64,000 nt of DNA from Vulcanimicrobiota bacterium. Its GTDB lineage: Bacteria; Vulcanimicrobiota; Vulcanimicrobiia; Eremiobacterales; Eremiobacteraceae. Positions 19,522 through 29,987 of the stretch are shown here, one piece after another; position 1 is the first letter of the stretch, and each line of letters opens with the position of its first letter. A program made the translations under genes and the position numbers. The notes under the pieces were generated by a model. That model made no database searches. It saw nothing but the letters and a program-made list of their open reading frames with translations, and was not told the DNA's origin. The stretch is from NCBI GenBank assembly GCA_963805945.1, contig CAWDVP010000006.1:288001-352000 (forward strand), read 5' to 3'.

Positions 19522-21376
19522 TTGGAACCTATCTCGCTTCGCTGGACCTCGAGAGTCGTGCTCGCCGACGGCGCGATGGGCACCCTGTTGCTCGAGCGCG
19601 CGCCGGAGGCGACCGCGTGCGTCGAACGGCTCAACCACGACCATCCCGATATCGTCGAACGCGCGCACGCGGACTACATCGCCGCGGGGGCCGAACTCAT
19701 CACGGCCAACACGTTCGCAGGCAATCGGCTCAAGCTCGCGGCGCACGAGCTGCGCGAGCAGCTTGAGGCGCTCAACGCCGCCGGCGTGAGCATCGCACGC
19801 GCGGCGGCCGGCGGGAAGGCGTACGTCGCCGGCTCCATCGGCCCGCTCGGCGCGCTGATGCGGCCGCTCGGGCTCATCGACCACGACGAAGCGCTCGATG
19901 TCTTCGCGGAACATGTCGCCGCGGTCGCCGCCGGAAGGCCGGACTGCCTGCTGCTCGAGACCTTCGGGGGCGTCGAAGAGGCGCTGCTTGCGCTGTCGGC
20001 GGCCAAGCAATACGGATCCTCGCTCCCCGTCGTGGTGTCGCTCTCCGTCGTCGAGGACGGCAAGACGCCCGCCGGCGATCCTTTGCTGCCTGCGCTGCTG
20101 CGGCTGCGCTCTGCCGGCGCCGATGGCGTCGGAGTGAATTGCGCCGTCGGACCGCAGGCGGTCTACGACGCGCTTGCGCCGGCCATCGCGCAGATCGAGG
20201 GTCCGATCTTCGTCATGCCCAACGCGGGCTATCCGCATCGCGTGCACGACCGCGCCGTCTACGAATCGACGCCCGAATATTTCCGACGCTATGCGCGCGA
20301 CTTCGTTGAGCTCGGCGCTAGCGTGGTGGGCGGCTGCTGCGGCACGACGCCCGCGCACATCGCCGCCATGCGCGCGGAGGTGTCTGGATCGGTGCGGCCG
20401 CGCGTCAAGCACGCGCCGGCGATCGGTCGACGAGCGACGAGTTCCCGAGATCAAGCGAGTGCTGTTGCCGGCCGAGCGGCCGCTCACGGCGTTCGAGCGC
20501 AGGCTCGGCAAAGAGTTCGTGACCACGGTCGAGGTATCGCCGCCGCGCGGCGTCGACTACTCCGCGAGCCTGGCGGGCGCGCGGCTGCTCGAAGCCGCCG
20601 GCGCCGACGCGATCGACATCTCCGATAATCCCACCGCGCGGCTGCGGATGTCGAGTTCGGCGCTCGCGCACCTTGTGATGCGCGAGACGTCGCTAGCGAC
20701 GATCCTCCATTTCACCTGTCGCGATCGCAACCTGCTCGGCTTGCAGAGCGAACTGCTCGGCGCGGCGGCGCTCAACGTGACCGCGATCCTCGCGCTCACC
20801 GGTGACCCGAGCAACGTGGGCGATTTCCCAAAAGCCACGTCGGTGTTCGACGTGACCTCGGTCGGACTCACCGAGATCATCAACTCGCTCAACCACGGCA
20901 AGGACCATGCGGGTAATGACGTCGGCGCGCCGACGCGCTTCCGGGTCGGCGTCGCGGTGAATCCGCTGGCCCGCGATCTAGACGGCGAGTTCCAGAAGTT
21001 CGACGAGAAGCTGGCGGCGGGGGCCGACTTTGCGATGACGCAGCCGATCTACGACGTCGCGCAGATCAAGCCGTTCCTCGATCGCATGGCCGCGCTCGCG
21101 TTCCCCGTGCTGGTCGGCGTGCTGCTGCTGCGTAGTCACAAGAACGCGGAGTTCTTGCATAACGAAGTCCCCGGCATGACCGTCCCCGAACACGTGCGGG
21201 AACGCATGCGCGGCGCACAAGACCAGCGCGGCGAGGGCATCGCCATCGCGCGCGATCTGCTGCTCGAATTGGCCGCGACGCCGGGTGCGGCGGGCGCCTA
21301 CCTGATCCCTCAGGACCGCTACGACACCGCTGCTGAGGTGCTCACGCAGTCACTACGCAGGCGTGCGACCGCCTGA
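19522..21376 (+). CDS. Bifunctional homocysteine S-methyltransferase / methylenetetrahydrofolate reductase (YitJ-like), frameshift near 20425
   Basis: DGAMGT, GVNC, GGCCGTTP in ORF 19522-20628; EVSPPRG, HFTCRDRN, ALTGDP, MTQPIYD in ORF 20174-21376. Confidence 0.88.
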
Positions 21377-21490
21377 CCGACGAGCGCTCAAGGGGGAAGC
21401 CGAAACCGACGGGAACCTACTATTCCGGGTTTTCGTTAGCCCGGTAATACGTGCATTTGCACGCGTCCACGCTCGTTGGGGGAGACGCTG

Positions 21491-22309
21491 ATGAGATCGA
21501 CTGCGAAAGCCATTCTTCTTAATTCATTGCTCGCGATCGCGTTCTGCGCGACGACGGTGGCGATCGGCGCCGCGCCGGCTGCCGCCAAGTGTCCGCCGGG
21601 GACGATGCTGACCGAGATCCACCGCAACATCGACACCGGAAAAACCGCTCCCGGTTCCGGGTCGCAGCTGTGCTTGGAGTCCGGCAAGACAGCGCACCTG
21701 GTGGCAGACGCCTCGCTTACCGCCGCCAAAGGCACTTATACGTTTCTCTTCTGGGATGTGTACGGGAAACTGCACACGACGCCTGGCGTGACGGTCAAGA
21801 CGTGGAAGAGCGAACCCGCATTTAACGCCACTGCATGGTACTTGTTCCAGCCGAAATGCAAGACGCCGGGGCATTGCGGCGGCGGCAATACCAACGTGAG
21901 GACGCTTGGTTTCGAGGTCGACACGAACAAAAGACTGCCGGGAACGCCGATCGCTTCGGTGACTCCGACCACCAATGGTTGGGCGACGCCGCAGACGGTG
22001 GTGTACACCAACACGTCCGCGGTCACCATCACCGCCGCCAACCCGCTGGACTTCATCTACTGGAAGATATTTCCACCGAATCCCGCCGTGACGGTCAAGA
22101 GCACGGTGCTCAGCGCCCCGCAGAACGCCGAAGTGCTGTTGGCGATCGCGTTCTACGGACCGAATCCGTGCCACCAGATCTCACCGCCCGCTCCTGGTGA
22201 GCTCGGACCTGGCGCAGGGACCTCGGCGTACGAGGCCGCGGCGAAATACGACACGGAGATGTACAACGAATGCGTCGCCCGACATGGCGGCGCCACGCCG
22301 GCGCCGTAG
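21491..22309 (+). CDS. Secreted hypothetical protein
   Basis: Signal peptide ending APAAA, Cys pairs, beta-rich; GGAG upstream. Confidence 0.7.
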   Translation: MRSTAKAILLNSLLAIAFCATTVAIGAAPAAAKCPPGTMLTEIHRNIDTGKTAPGSGSQLCLESGKTAHLVADASLTAAKGTYTFLFWDVYGKLHTTPGVTVKTWKSEPAFNATAWYLFQPKCKTPGHCGGGNTNVRTLGFEVDTNKRLPGTPIASVTPTTNGWATPQTVVYTNTSAVTITAANPLDFIYWKIFPPNPAVTVKSTVLSAPQNAEVLLAIAFYGPNPCHQISPPAPGELGPGAGTSAYEAAAKYDTEMYNECVARHGGATPAP

Positions 22310-22316
22310 GTCGAGC

Positions 22317-22733
22317 ATGAGGCGCATCGCGTCGATACTGCTTGGGGGCTTGCTTGCGAGCGTGCTCGCGGCGAGCCCCGCAACCGCGATCACCTATACG
22401 TGGAGTCTTGGCAAGCCTTCACAGATCGTCGCGTACCAGGTCGGCAACGGCGTCATCACCGTCGCCACTGCCGTGGTCCTGTGCCAGCCGATCAAACTCG
22501 CCCTGGACACTACGAAGCCGTTCGTGTACGACTTCAAGATCGGAACGGCGAAAGGCGTGTATTGCTCGTGGCCAGCGCTGAGCCCGCCTCCGTACACCGC
22601 CCCGATCGCCGCGTACTATCAGGTGGGCTCTCCCTCGAGCGTCACGGTGCACACAAAGACCGGCGTGATGACGATTTCCGTCCAACCCGCTCCGCCCTCG
22701 AATCCCGCGATCGGCCACTTACCGTTCCACTAG
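22317..22733 (+). CDS. Secreted hypothetical protein
   Basis: MRRIASILLGGLLASVLAASPATA signal peptide. Confidence 0.7.
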   Translation: MRRIASILLGGLLASVLAASPATAITYTWSLGKPSQIVAYQVGNGVITVATAVVLCQPIKLALDTTKPFVYDFKIGTAKGVYCSWPALSPPPYTAPIAAYYQVGSPSSVTVHTKTGVMTISVQPAPPSNPAIGHLPFH

Positions 22734-23188
22734 GACGTGGCGTCGTCCAAGCGTTTTTGAGCAGCGGCCGCATCTAACGCGGCGTTCACGAGCTTGTCTG
22801 CCCGGCCGTTCTGCTCGCGCCGGATGTGCGTCACGTGCGCTTCCTCGAAGCGCCGCAGCAGGTGTTTGGCGCGCGCATGCAGCGGGATGATCTTCTCGTC
22901 CTTGACGCGGTACTCGCCGCCGATCTGCTTGACGATCAGCTCGCTGTCCATGCAGATGTCCGCGCGCGCATAGCCGGCGGCCAGCGCTCGATCGAGCGCG
23001 AGCAGCAGCGCTCGATACTCGGCGACGTTGTTGGTCGCGACGCCGAGATATTCGCTGATCTCGTCGACGACGGCGCCATCGTCCGCGAGGATGACCGCGC
23101 CCGCGGCCGCCGGGCCTGGATTGCCGCGCGCGCCGCCATCGGTGTAGATCACGCAATGGGCGCCATGTCCCAGCTTCGCGTCGCTCAT
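22730..23188 (-). CDS. rnhA: Ribonuclease HI family protein
   Basis: YTDGGARGNPG, TNNVAEY, DSELIVKQ, REQNGRAD motifs. Confidence 0.9.
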   Translation of the reverse strand: MSDAKLGHGAHCVIYTDGGARGNPGPAAAGAVILADDGAVVDEISEYLGVATNNVAEYRALLLALDRALAAGYARADICMDSELIVKQIGGEYRVKDEKIIPLHARAKHLLRRFEEAHVTHIRREQNGRADKLVNAALDAAAAQKRLDDATS

Positions 23189-23189
23189 A

Positions 23190-23214
23190 GTCGGGCGGAC
23201 CTTTAGGGCCGCAC
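23190..23214 (+). repeat. Degenerate intergenic REP-like element (family B)
   Basis: gtcgggcggacctttagggccgcac resembles the reverse complement of 41239-41264. Confidence 0.4.
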
Positions 23215-23265
23215 GACGCGCTTGCCTGCCAGGGTGCGCGCGCCGCGAGGTCGTATACCGGACTC

Positions 23266-23847
23266 ATGTTCAAACGTCTGCGCGAGCTTTCATTGCTCGG
23301 ACTCGCGGTCGCCGCCATCATCGCCGGATCAGGCACCGCATCGACCGTCATCGCCGTCGCGGCGGAACCGTCACCGTCCCCGACGCCCACCCCTGTGCCC
23401 ACGCCCTATATGGCGCTCGAGATGATCCCGAACGGCACCTGGCAGATCATCGTCGAGACGCAGGACATCCAATATTCCAGCATGACGCTCAAGGCGAAGG
23501 GCAACGCCATCGACGGCGTCTGGAAGGTGGACAAGAAGACGATCTACGTCGTGAGCGGCGTGCGCGACGGCGCGCACCTCAAGCTCGATCTCAAAGCGAC
23601 GGACGCAGCGGATGCGCCGCTGCTCGGCAAGATCGACGCGACCCTCGACGGCATCGCCGACATGTACGGCACGATCACGATCGCCGGCGTCGAGAAGCCG
23701 TTCCAGGGCGCCCAGCACTCGCGAGTGCCACCGCCGGTCGACGTCGCCTCGCCTGGAGGCCAGGGCGTACCCGGCGGCCCCGGCCAGCCGGGCGGACCCG
23801 GCCAACCCGGCATCCCCGGCGGCGGGATCCCGACGCCGTATCATTGA
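23266..23847 (+). CDS. Secreted hypothetical protein with Pro/Gly-rich tail
   Basis: Signal peptide, PSPSPTPTP linker, repeated PGGPGQ at the C-terminus. Confidence 0.75.
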   Translation: MFKRLRELSLLGLAVAAIIAGSGTASTVIAVAAEPSPSPTPTPVPTPYMALEMIPNGTWQIIVETQDIQYSSMTLKAKGNAIDGVWKVDKKTIYVVSGVRDGAHLKLDLKATDAADAPLLGKIDATLDGIADMYGTITIAGVEKPFQGAQHSRVPPPVDVASPGGQGVPGGPGQPGGPGQPGIPGGGIPTPYH

Positions 23848-23874
23848 TCGCCGATCTGCGAACGCAGAACAAAG

Positions 23875-23905
23875 AAAAAACGCCGCATCTCGCATGCGGC
23901 GTTTT
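23875..23905. terminator. Bidirectional intrinsic terminator
   Basis: aaaacgccgcat-ctcgc-atgcggcgtttt between convergent genes. Confidence 0.85.
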
Positions 23906-23933
23906 GCTTGGGGTTGCTGAGACCCGCTTCTGA

Positions 23934-24266
23934 TTAGTTGTTGTGCTTGCCGGACTTGGAAGCGCGGACCGACGCGTCGGTGGCCTGCTTGCTCGCCGTC
24001 TCGATGAGCTCGGCGACCTTCAGCGTGTAGTCCTTGCGCAGTTCCCAGAACTTGCGCGCGAACTCGAAGCTCTGCTCGATCACTTCGTGGGCGGTCGGGA
24101 AGCCTTCGAGCTTCGGCATCGCGGGCAGCGACGGCACGCTGGTCGGGTAGCTCGCGGCGATCTCGCGGAACGCGTTCATGCTCTTGAGGCTGGCGTCTTG
24201 CGCCTCTTTGATCGTGTTGAGCACGTCTTCTTGGACCTTGGTGAGTTGTTCGGTGTATGTAGGCAT
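23934..24266 (-). CDS. Putative phasin-like PHA granule protein
   Basis: 110-aa amphipathic helical protein downstream of phaC, strong SD (AAGGAG). Confidence 0.6.
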   Translation of the reverse strand: MPTYTEQLTKVQEDVLNTIKEAQDASLKSMNAFREIAASYPTSVPSLPAMPKLEGFPTAHEVIEQSFEFARKFWELRKDYTLKVAELIETASKQATDASVRASKSGKHNN

Positions 24267-24296
24267 GAGTTGTCTCCTTAGCGGTTGGTTGAATAC

Positions 24297-24332
24297 GTGC
24301 TAAGTATACCAAGCACTTGCATGGTCTGTCAA
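24297..24332 (-). promoter_or_regulatory. Promoter of the phasin-like gene with an overlapping palindromic operator
   Basis: Minus strand TTGACA-18 bp-TATACT with TG extension; GTGCT-aa-GTATAC-ca-AGCAC at 24297-24316. Confidence 0.7.
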
Positions 24333-24396
24333 TGGCCGCAGGGCGGGACAGAAGACCTCATTGGGATGCTGGTCGCAGGGATGGACAGCCGGGGTT

Positions 24397-24750
24397 CTAG
24401 CGCTCCGTGAAGCCCTTGTAGATCCGGATGAGGGTCTCTTTTTGATCCTGGCTGAGGGCCGGATCCAGCTTGATCGCGGACTCGACGCCGTGCGGCGCCG
24501 CCCCCTTGCTGTCTTCGTCCAGCAGCCCGGCTTGCGAGTACATCGTCTCGGCGGACATGTGCAGCGCGTTGGCCAGATTCTTGAGCACTTCGGCTGACGG
24601 CTTGTAGAGCCCGCGTTCGACCTGGCTCAGATACGGATTGGAGACCTTGGCGAGGTCCGCGAGCTGACGCAGCGACAGATTGGCGAGCTCGCGCTGCGCC
24701 TTGATGAACTCGCCGAGACCCTTCCAGACCTCGTCGTCGCGCGCGCTCAC
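24397..24750 (-). CDS. XRE-family HTH regulator (Rv0474-like)
   Basis: LGEFIKAQRELANLSLRQLADLAKVSNPYLSQVERGLYKPSAEVL. Confidence 0.88.
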   Translation of the reverse strand: MSARDDEVWKGLGEFIKAQRELANLSLRQLADLAKVSNPYLSQVERGLYKPSAEVLKNLANALHMSAETMYSQAGLLDEDSKGAAPHGVESAIKLDPALSQDQKETLIRIYKGFTER

Positions 24751-26558
24751 GAGCGAGCCTTCTTCTTCTGTTTGCGACGAGCCGCTGCGACCGGCTTGCG
24801 CGCTATCGCCTTGGACGAGGGTGTTCTCGCGCTCGGTCTGCTCGGTCTGCTGGGATCAAACGCCGGCCCTGTCTCGCCTTTGACATAGCGCCCGGGGGCG
24901 GCTTCGCCGTCGGGCAGCGCATACGGCGTCACGAGCTTGCCTGCGCGCGGCTCGAACCACTTGGTCCAATCCTCCCACCAACTGCCCTCGCGCCGCGTGG
25001 CAGATCCGAGCCACGCTTCGGCGTTCTCACCTTTGACGGCGCGCGGTTTGGTCCAATACGAAGCCTTGGCGTTGCCCGGCGGGTTGACGATGCCGGCGAC
25101 GTGGCCTGAATTGGTGAGCGTGAACTTCGCTTCGCCGCCGACGAGCTGCGTCGCGGCGTAGGTCGAGCGCCACGGCGCGATGTGATCGCCTTCGGCGCCG
25201 AGCACGAACAGCGGCGTGCGGATGCGGGCGAGATCGATCGGCGTCCCCTCGATGACGAAAGCGTTGCGTGTGGCGATCGCGTTGTGCAGGTAGCAGGCGC
25301 GCAGGTACTGCGAGTGCATGAGAGCCGGCATGCGCGTGCTGTCGCCGTTCCAGGCCAAGATGTCGAACGCGGGCGGGGTCTTGCCCATGAACCAATTGCT
25401 GACCACGTAGCTCCAGATCAGGTCGTTGGCGCGCATGGCGTTGAACGTGCCGGCCATGTCGCTCGACTCGAGGAAGCCGAGTTCGCCCATCTTCTGCTCG
25501 AGCCGCGAGATCGTCGTCTCGTCGGTGAAGACGCCGAGGTCGCCGGGCTCGGCGAAATCGATGAGCGTGTTGGTCACGGCGGCGGTGCCGATGCGATCCG
25601 CCTTGCCCTTCGCCGCCAGATAGGCGAGCGCGATGAGCGCCATCGTGCCGCCGAGGCATAGCCCGTGGAGGTTCACTTTCTTCGCCTTGGTGATGCGCTG
25701 GACGGCGTCGAGCGCGGCGAGCAGGCCTTCGCGCAGATAGTCGTCCATGGAGAAGGCGCCCATCGTCTCATCAGGATTGCGATAGCTGATCATGAAGGTC
25801 TGGTGGCCGTGGCGCACCGCCCATTCGACGAACGACCGCCCCGGCGCCAGATCCATGATGTAGAACTTGTTGATCCAGGGCGGGCTGCATAGTAGCGGCG
25901 TCTCGTGCACCTTCGCCGTCTGCGGCTCGTAGGCGATCAGCTCGATGAGCGCGTTGCGAAACACGACACGGCCCGGCGTCGCGCCGAGATTGCGCCCGAG
26001 CACGAACGATGAGGTGTCCACCTGGCGCGGCTGGCCGTTGTTGTGCTCGACGTCGTCGAGGAAATTCTTCAGCCCCTGGACCAGGCTCGAGCCGCCGGTG
26101 TTCATCGCCTCTTTGACCACGGCGGGATTCATCCACGGCACGTTGCTCGGCGCGATCGCGTCCATCATCATCCTGATGGCGAAACGCGCCTTGCGCCGCG
26201 TCGTCTCCGGCAAGCGCGATGCGTCCACCAATTGCAGCGCGGCCTGCGAGCGCACGAAGTAATCCTCAAGCGCGCCGTGCAGGAACGGATTGGACTTCCA
26301 GGCGGGGTCGGCGAAGCGTTTGTCGCCGTGCAACGGCGCGGCGACGGGGTCTGGGGTCTCGCCGTTCATGCGCCGCAGGGTGTTCAGGCCGACCGTCTGT
26401 TCGGCGATCGAGAGCCCCGCGAGCCAGGTCGCGAGCAGGGTCGGGTTCATCATCACGTCGGCGGCGACTGCGCGCACCGCATCGCCGAGCGACGCCGGGT
26501 CGAAGCCTGCGACGTCGAGGCCGTAGCCGAACTCCTCGGGCGGTATCGAGCCGATCAC
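24747..26558 (-). CDS. phaC: Polyhydroxyalkanoate synthase (class I/II-like)
   Basis: PPWINKFYIMDL, lipase box GLCLGG, WNGD, DHIAPW, SGHVAG, SWWEDW. Confidence 0.93.
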   Translation of the reverse strand: MIGSIPPEEFGYGLDVAGFDPASLGDAVRAVAADVMMNPTLLATWLAGLSIAEQTVGLNTLRRMNGETPDPVAAPLHGDKRFADPAWKSNPFLHGALEDYFVRSQAALQLVDASRLPETTRRKARFAIRMMMDAIAPSNVPWMNPAVVKEAMNTGGSSLVQGLKNFLDDVEHNNGQPRQVDTSSFVLGRNLGATPGRVVFRNALIELIAYEPQTAKVHETPLLCSPPWINKFYIMDLAPGRSFVEWAVRHGHQTFMISYRNPDETMGAFSMDDYLREGLLAALDAVQRITKAKKVNLHGLCLGGTMALIALAYLAAKGKADRIGTAAVTNTLIDFAEPGDLGVFTDETTISRLEQKMGELGFLESSDMAGTFNAMRANDLIWSYVVSNWFMGKTPPAFDILAWNGDSTRMPALMHSQYLRACYLHNAIATRNAFVIEGTPIDLARIRTPLFVLGAEGDHIAPWRSTYAATQLVGGEAKFTLTNSGHVAGIVNPPGNAKASYWTKPRAVKGENAEAWLGSATRREGSWWEDWTKWFEPRAGKLVTPYALPDGEAAPGRYVKGETGPAFDPSRPSRPSARTPSSKAIARKPVAAARRKQKKKARS

Positions 26559-27349
26559 ATGTACAAGCCTCCGTTGACGTCGTACACTGATCCCGTGATG
26601 TAGCCGGCGCTATCGTCGATCAGGAAGCGCACCACGCGAGCCACTTCGTCGGGCTGGCCGAGCCGACGCTCGGGCGATCGCTGGATCGCCGCCGCTAACG
26701 CTTCTTTCGGCATCGCCGCGACCATGTCCGTATTGATGAAACCGGGCGCGACCGCGTTCACCGTGATGCCGCGGCTGGCCACTTCCAGCGCGACCGTCTT
26801 GGTCAAGCCCATCACCCCGGCTTTGGCGGCTGCGTAGTTCGCTTGGCCGATGTTCCCGGTATGGCCGACGACCGAGCTGATGTTGACGATGCGGCCGTAC
26901 TGGCGCTCCGTCATCGAATCGAGCGCCGCCTTGATCATGAAAAACGGCCCCGACAGATTGACCTGCAGGACCGCTTGCCACTCTTCGATCGTCATCTTGC
27001 GGACCGTGTGGTCCGCGGTGATGCCGGCGTTGTTGACGAGAAAATCGATGCGTCCGAACTCGGCGACCACGCTATCCACGACGCGCTTGCACGCCTCGTA
27101 TTGCGCGACATCGCCTTCTTGGAAGTGCACGAGACTGGCGGCGCCGTTGAGGGAACTGCGCAAGGCGTCGGTGCGCTGCCGATCCGGCTCGAGCCCCATG
27201 ACGATGACGTTCGCGCCGTCGGCCACGAGCATATTGGTGATGGCGGCCCCGATGCCGCGGGCACCGCCCGTGACGATGCCGACCCTGTTGGAAAGAGGTT
27301 TGAGTGCCATGCCGCTAGGTTTACCTAGCGCCTGCTGTGTCCCCTCCAT
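26555..27349 (-). CDS. phaB: Acetoacetyl-CoA reductase / 3-oxoacyl-ACP reductase (SDR)
   Basis: TGGARGIG, NNAGIT, YAAAK; adjacent to phaC; start could be 27310. Confidence 0.82.
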   Translation of the reverse strand: MEGTQQALGKPSGMALKPLSNRVGIVTGGARGIGAAITNMLVADGANVIVMGLEPDRQRTDALRSSLNGAASLVHFQEGDVAQYEACKRVVDSVVAEFGRIDFLVNNAGITADHTVRKMTIEEWQAVLQVNLSGPFFMIKAALDSMTERQYGRIVNISSVVGHTGNIGQANYAAAKAGVMGLTKTVALEVASRGITVNAVAPGFINTDMVAAMPKEALAAAIQRSPERRLGQPDEVARVVRFLIDDSAGYITGSVYDVNGGLYM

Positions 27350-27365
27350 GCCGGTGGGACTGGTG

Positions 27366-28114
27366 TCACATGTCGAGGCCGCCGTTGACCGTGTAGACGG
27401 CGCCCGTGATGTACGCCGATTCGTCGTCGAGCAAGAACTTCACAACGCGCGCCACTTCGTCGGGACGGCCGAGCCGGCGCTGCGGGATCTTCTCGATCAC
27501 TTTGTCGAGCGCGGCTTTCGGGATCGCGCCGACCATCTCGGTTTCGATGAAGCCTGGTGCGACGCAGTTTACCGTGATGCCGCGCTGCGCCATCTCAAGC
27601 GCGAGGCTCTTGGAGAAACCGATCAGGCCCGCTTTCGATGCGGCGTAGTTGGCCTGGCCGATGTTGCCCGTCTCGCCGATGACCGAACTGATGTTGACGA
27701 TGCGGCCGGAGCCGCGCTCGATCATGTGCTCGAGCACGGCCTTGGTCATGTTGAAGGCGCCGGAGAGATTGACGGCGAGCACCTGGCGCCAATCGTCGAT
27801 GTTCATCCTGCGCACGGTCTTGTCGAGGGTGATGCCGGCGTTGTTGATCAGAAAGTCGATCCGGTGGTAGCTGGTCGAGCACCTCGCTGATGACGCGGTC
27901 GCAATCGCTCGGGTCGTCGACGCGGCCCTGATGGACGGAGACCGACGCGCCCTCCGCCGTCAGCTTCTCGCGCGAGCTTGCCGGCGGTCTCCTCGCCTTT
28001 GCTGTAGCCCGCCGCGACATGCACGCCGCTCTTGGCGAGCATCGCCGAGATCGCGGCACCGATGCCGCGCGTGCCGCCCGTGACGATCGCCACTCGCCCT
28101 TCCATGATGCCCAT
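27366..28114 (-). CDS. phaB: Second acetoacetyl-CoA reductase (SDR), two frameshifts near 27972 and 27870
   Basis: TGGTRGIG, NNAGIT, YAASK spread over three frames. Confidence 0.78.
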
Positions 28115-28123
28115 AATCCTTTT

Positions 28124-28816
28124 CTATTCCACCAGCGTCGGCGGACCGGTCGATATCGAGAACGCGAGATTGTCGGCGTATCCGTCGTTCGCGGAGCCTT
28201 CCGTCCGTATCATCGCGATCATCACGCGGACCATCGTCGCGTGGGCAGGCACGAATCCATCGGCCGAGCGCCAGAGCAGCGACGTCTTGCCCTCGCGTTG
28301 CGCCTCGGTCACCGGGCCGATCGTCACGCTATCGAGCACGGTGGCGCCGTTGAAGAACGTCGCCTTCACATAGGCGTGATCCGCTTGCGTGGAGAAGCCG
28401 CCGAGCCACGCGGAAAGCCGGAAGTGCGCTTTGTTCTGATCGATAAGCACGGCGAACGCGCTCAGATCGACGTCCTGGGTGGCCATGGAAAGCGCGTCTG
28501 CGGCGCCGCCGCAGAAGAAATTCAGACCGCGGTTCTTCGGTCCACCGTCTGTGAGGCTCGGATAGCAGCCGCCGCCGGTGCACGAGCCGTACATGACGGC
28601 AGTGGCGTGGCCGGTCGTCGACCACGAGGGCACCGGAACCACCGATCCGTCCTTGCTGCCCGCGCCGGCCTCGGCTCCGGGGTTGTGTATCAGATTCTGC
28701 CCAAGCGGAGGACCGGACGCCACAGGCGCCGTGGCCGCGGCGCCCACCGTCACGCTTGCCATCAGCGTTGCGGCGAGCACGAGCACGAATGGTAAAAATG
28801 CCGACGTCTTGCGCAC
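28124..28816 (-). CDS. Secreted hypothetical protein with a carbohydrate-binding-like beta-sandwich
   Basis: Signal peptide, NLIHNPGAE ... QDVDL ... ADNL pattern. Confidence 0.7.
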   Translation of the reverse strand: MRKTSAFLPFVLVLAATLMASVTVGAAATAPVASGPPLGQNLIHNPGAEAGAGSKDGSVVPVPSWSTTGHATAVMYGSCTGGGCYPSLTDGGPKNRGLNFFCGGAADALSMATQDVDLSAFAVLIDQNKAHFRLSAWLGGFSTQADHAYVKATFFNGATVLDSVTIGPVTEAQREGKTSLLWRSADGFVPAHATMVRVMIAMIRTEGSANDGYADNLAFSISTGPPTLVE

Positions 28817-28913
28817 AGCGTCTCCTCATTCACAGCGAGTCCCCTCCCATTTGCGGTGACGAAGGAGCGGCGACCTGCTTCACATGGCATGGCCGGCCGA
28901 GCGAGGCGAGGAC

Positions 28914-29987
28914 CTACGCTCGCCCGCTCTTGGCGGCCGCCCGCTCGTGGTCGATGATCGCCCGTTTGCGTTCCAGGCCCCAGCGGTAGCCGCCCAGTTC
29001 GCCTGAACTGCGGATGACGCGGTGGCACGGTATGGCGATGGCGACGGCGTTGCTGGCACAGGCGTGCGCGACCGCGCGCACCGCGCGCGGCTTGCCGATG
29101 CCTTGCGCGACCTCGCTGTAGGACTGGACCTCGCCGTAGGGTATCGAGCGTAGATAGCTCCACACGCGCATCTGGAACGCCGTCGAGCGGATGTCGAGCG
29201 GCAGGTCGATGTGCGGCTGGACGCCTGCGAGATGCCGGCGCAGCGCTTCGACCCATTGCTCGAAATCCGGGTGGTGCGGCTCGCGCATCGGCTCGAGCGT
29301 CGCACGCGGATATTCGGTCCGTAACCGGCGCAGCAGTTCGTCCGGCGAGTCGCCGAACTGCACGAAGGCCAGACCGCGATCGGTCGCGCCGATCATCATG
29401 CGGCCCACAGCCGTCTCGATCGTCACGTGCGTGATGGTGACGCCTTCGCCGTCTTTGCGGTACTGCAAAGGCGTCATGCCGAGTCTCGTGTCGGCCTGTT
29501 CGTAGACGCGGCTCGACGACGCGTAGCCCGCGTCGTAGACCGCGGTGGCGACGTCCTTCGCGCTCTTGAGACTCGTACGCAGTTTGGCGTGACGCAGGGC
29601 GTCGACGTATTGCTTGGGGCTCAGCCCCACCACCGCCTTGAAACTGCGCTGGAAGTGCGACGGGCTCAAGCCTGCATGCGCTGCGAGGTCAGGCAGCGAG
29701 TGCGGCGCGTCAAGATCCGCCTCGATAAGCCGGCACACGTCGCGGATGCGCTGTGCGTTCGGATCGGCGCCGACCTCCAACGGATGGCAGCGCAGACATG
29801 CCCGCAGGCCATCTTTCGCGGCAGCGGCGGGGGTCGGGTAGAACCGGACGTTCTTACGCAGAGGCAGCCGCGACGGGCAGGAGGGACGGCAATACACGCC
29901 CGTCGTCACCACACCGTAGAAAAACGCTCCGTCCTCGGTCGCGTCGCGCCCCTGCACCGCTTGCCAGCACCGTTCCGCTTGTAGCAT
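28914..29987 (-). CDS. ada: Bifunctional regulator / O6-methylguanine-DNA methyltransferase Ada
   Basis: CRPSC..RACLRC Zn site, AraC-type HTH, IPCHRV active site. Confidence 0.95.
   Translation of the reverse strand: MLQAERCWQAVQGRDATEDGAFFYGVVTTGVYCRPSCPSRLPLRKNVRFYPTPAAAAKDGLRACLRCHPLEVGADPNAQRIRDVCRLIEADLDAPHSLPDLAAHAGLSPSHFQRSFKAVVGLSPKQYVDALRHAKLRTSLKSAKDVATAVYDAGYASSSRVYEQADTRLGMTPLQYRKDGEGVTITHVTIETAVGRMMIGATDRGLAFVQFGDSPDELLRRLRTEYPRATLEPMREPHHPDFEQWVEALRRHLAGVQPHIDLPLDIRSTAFQMRVWSYLRSIPYGEVQSYSEVAQGIGKPRAVRAVAHACASNAVAIAIPCHRVIRSSGELGGYRWGLERKRAIIDHERAAAKSGRA

Noticed and set aside
24831..24853. gctcggtct tandem in the phaC tail
   Set aside because: Two to three 9-bp units in a low-complexity tail; ordinary slippage
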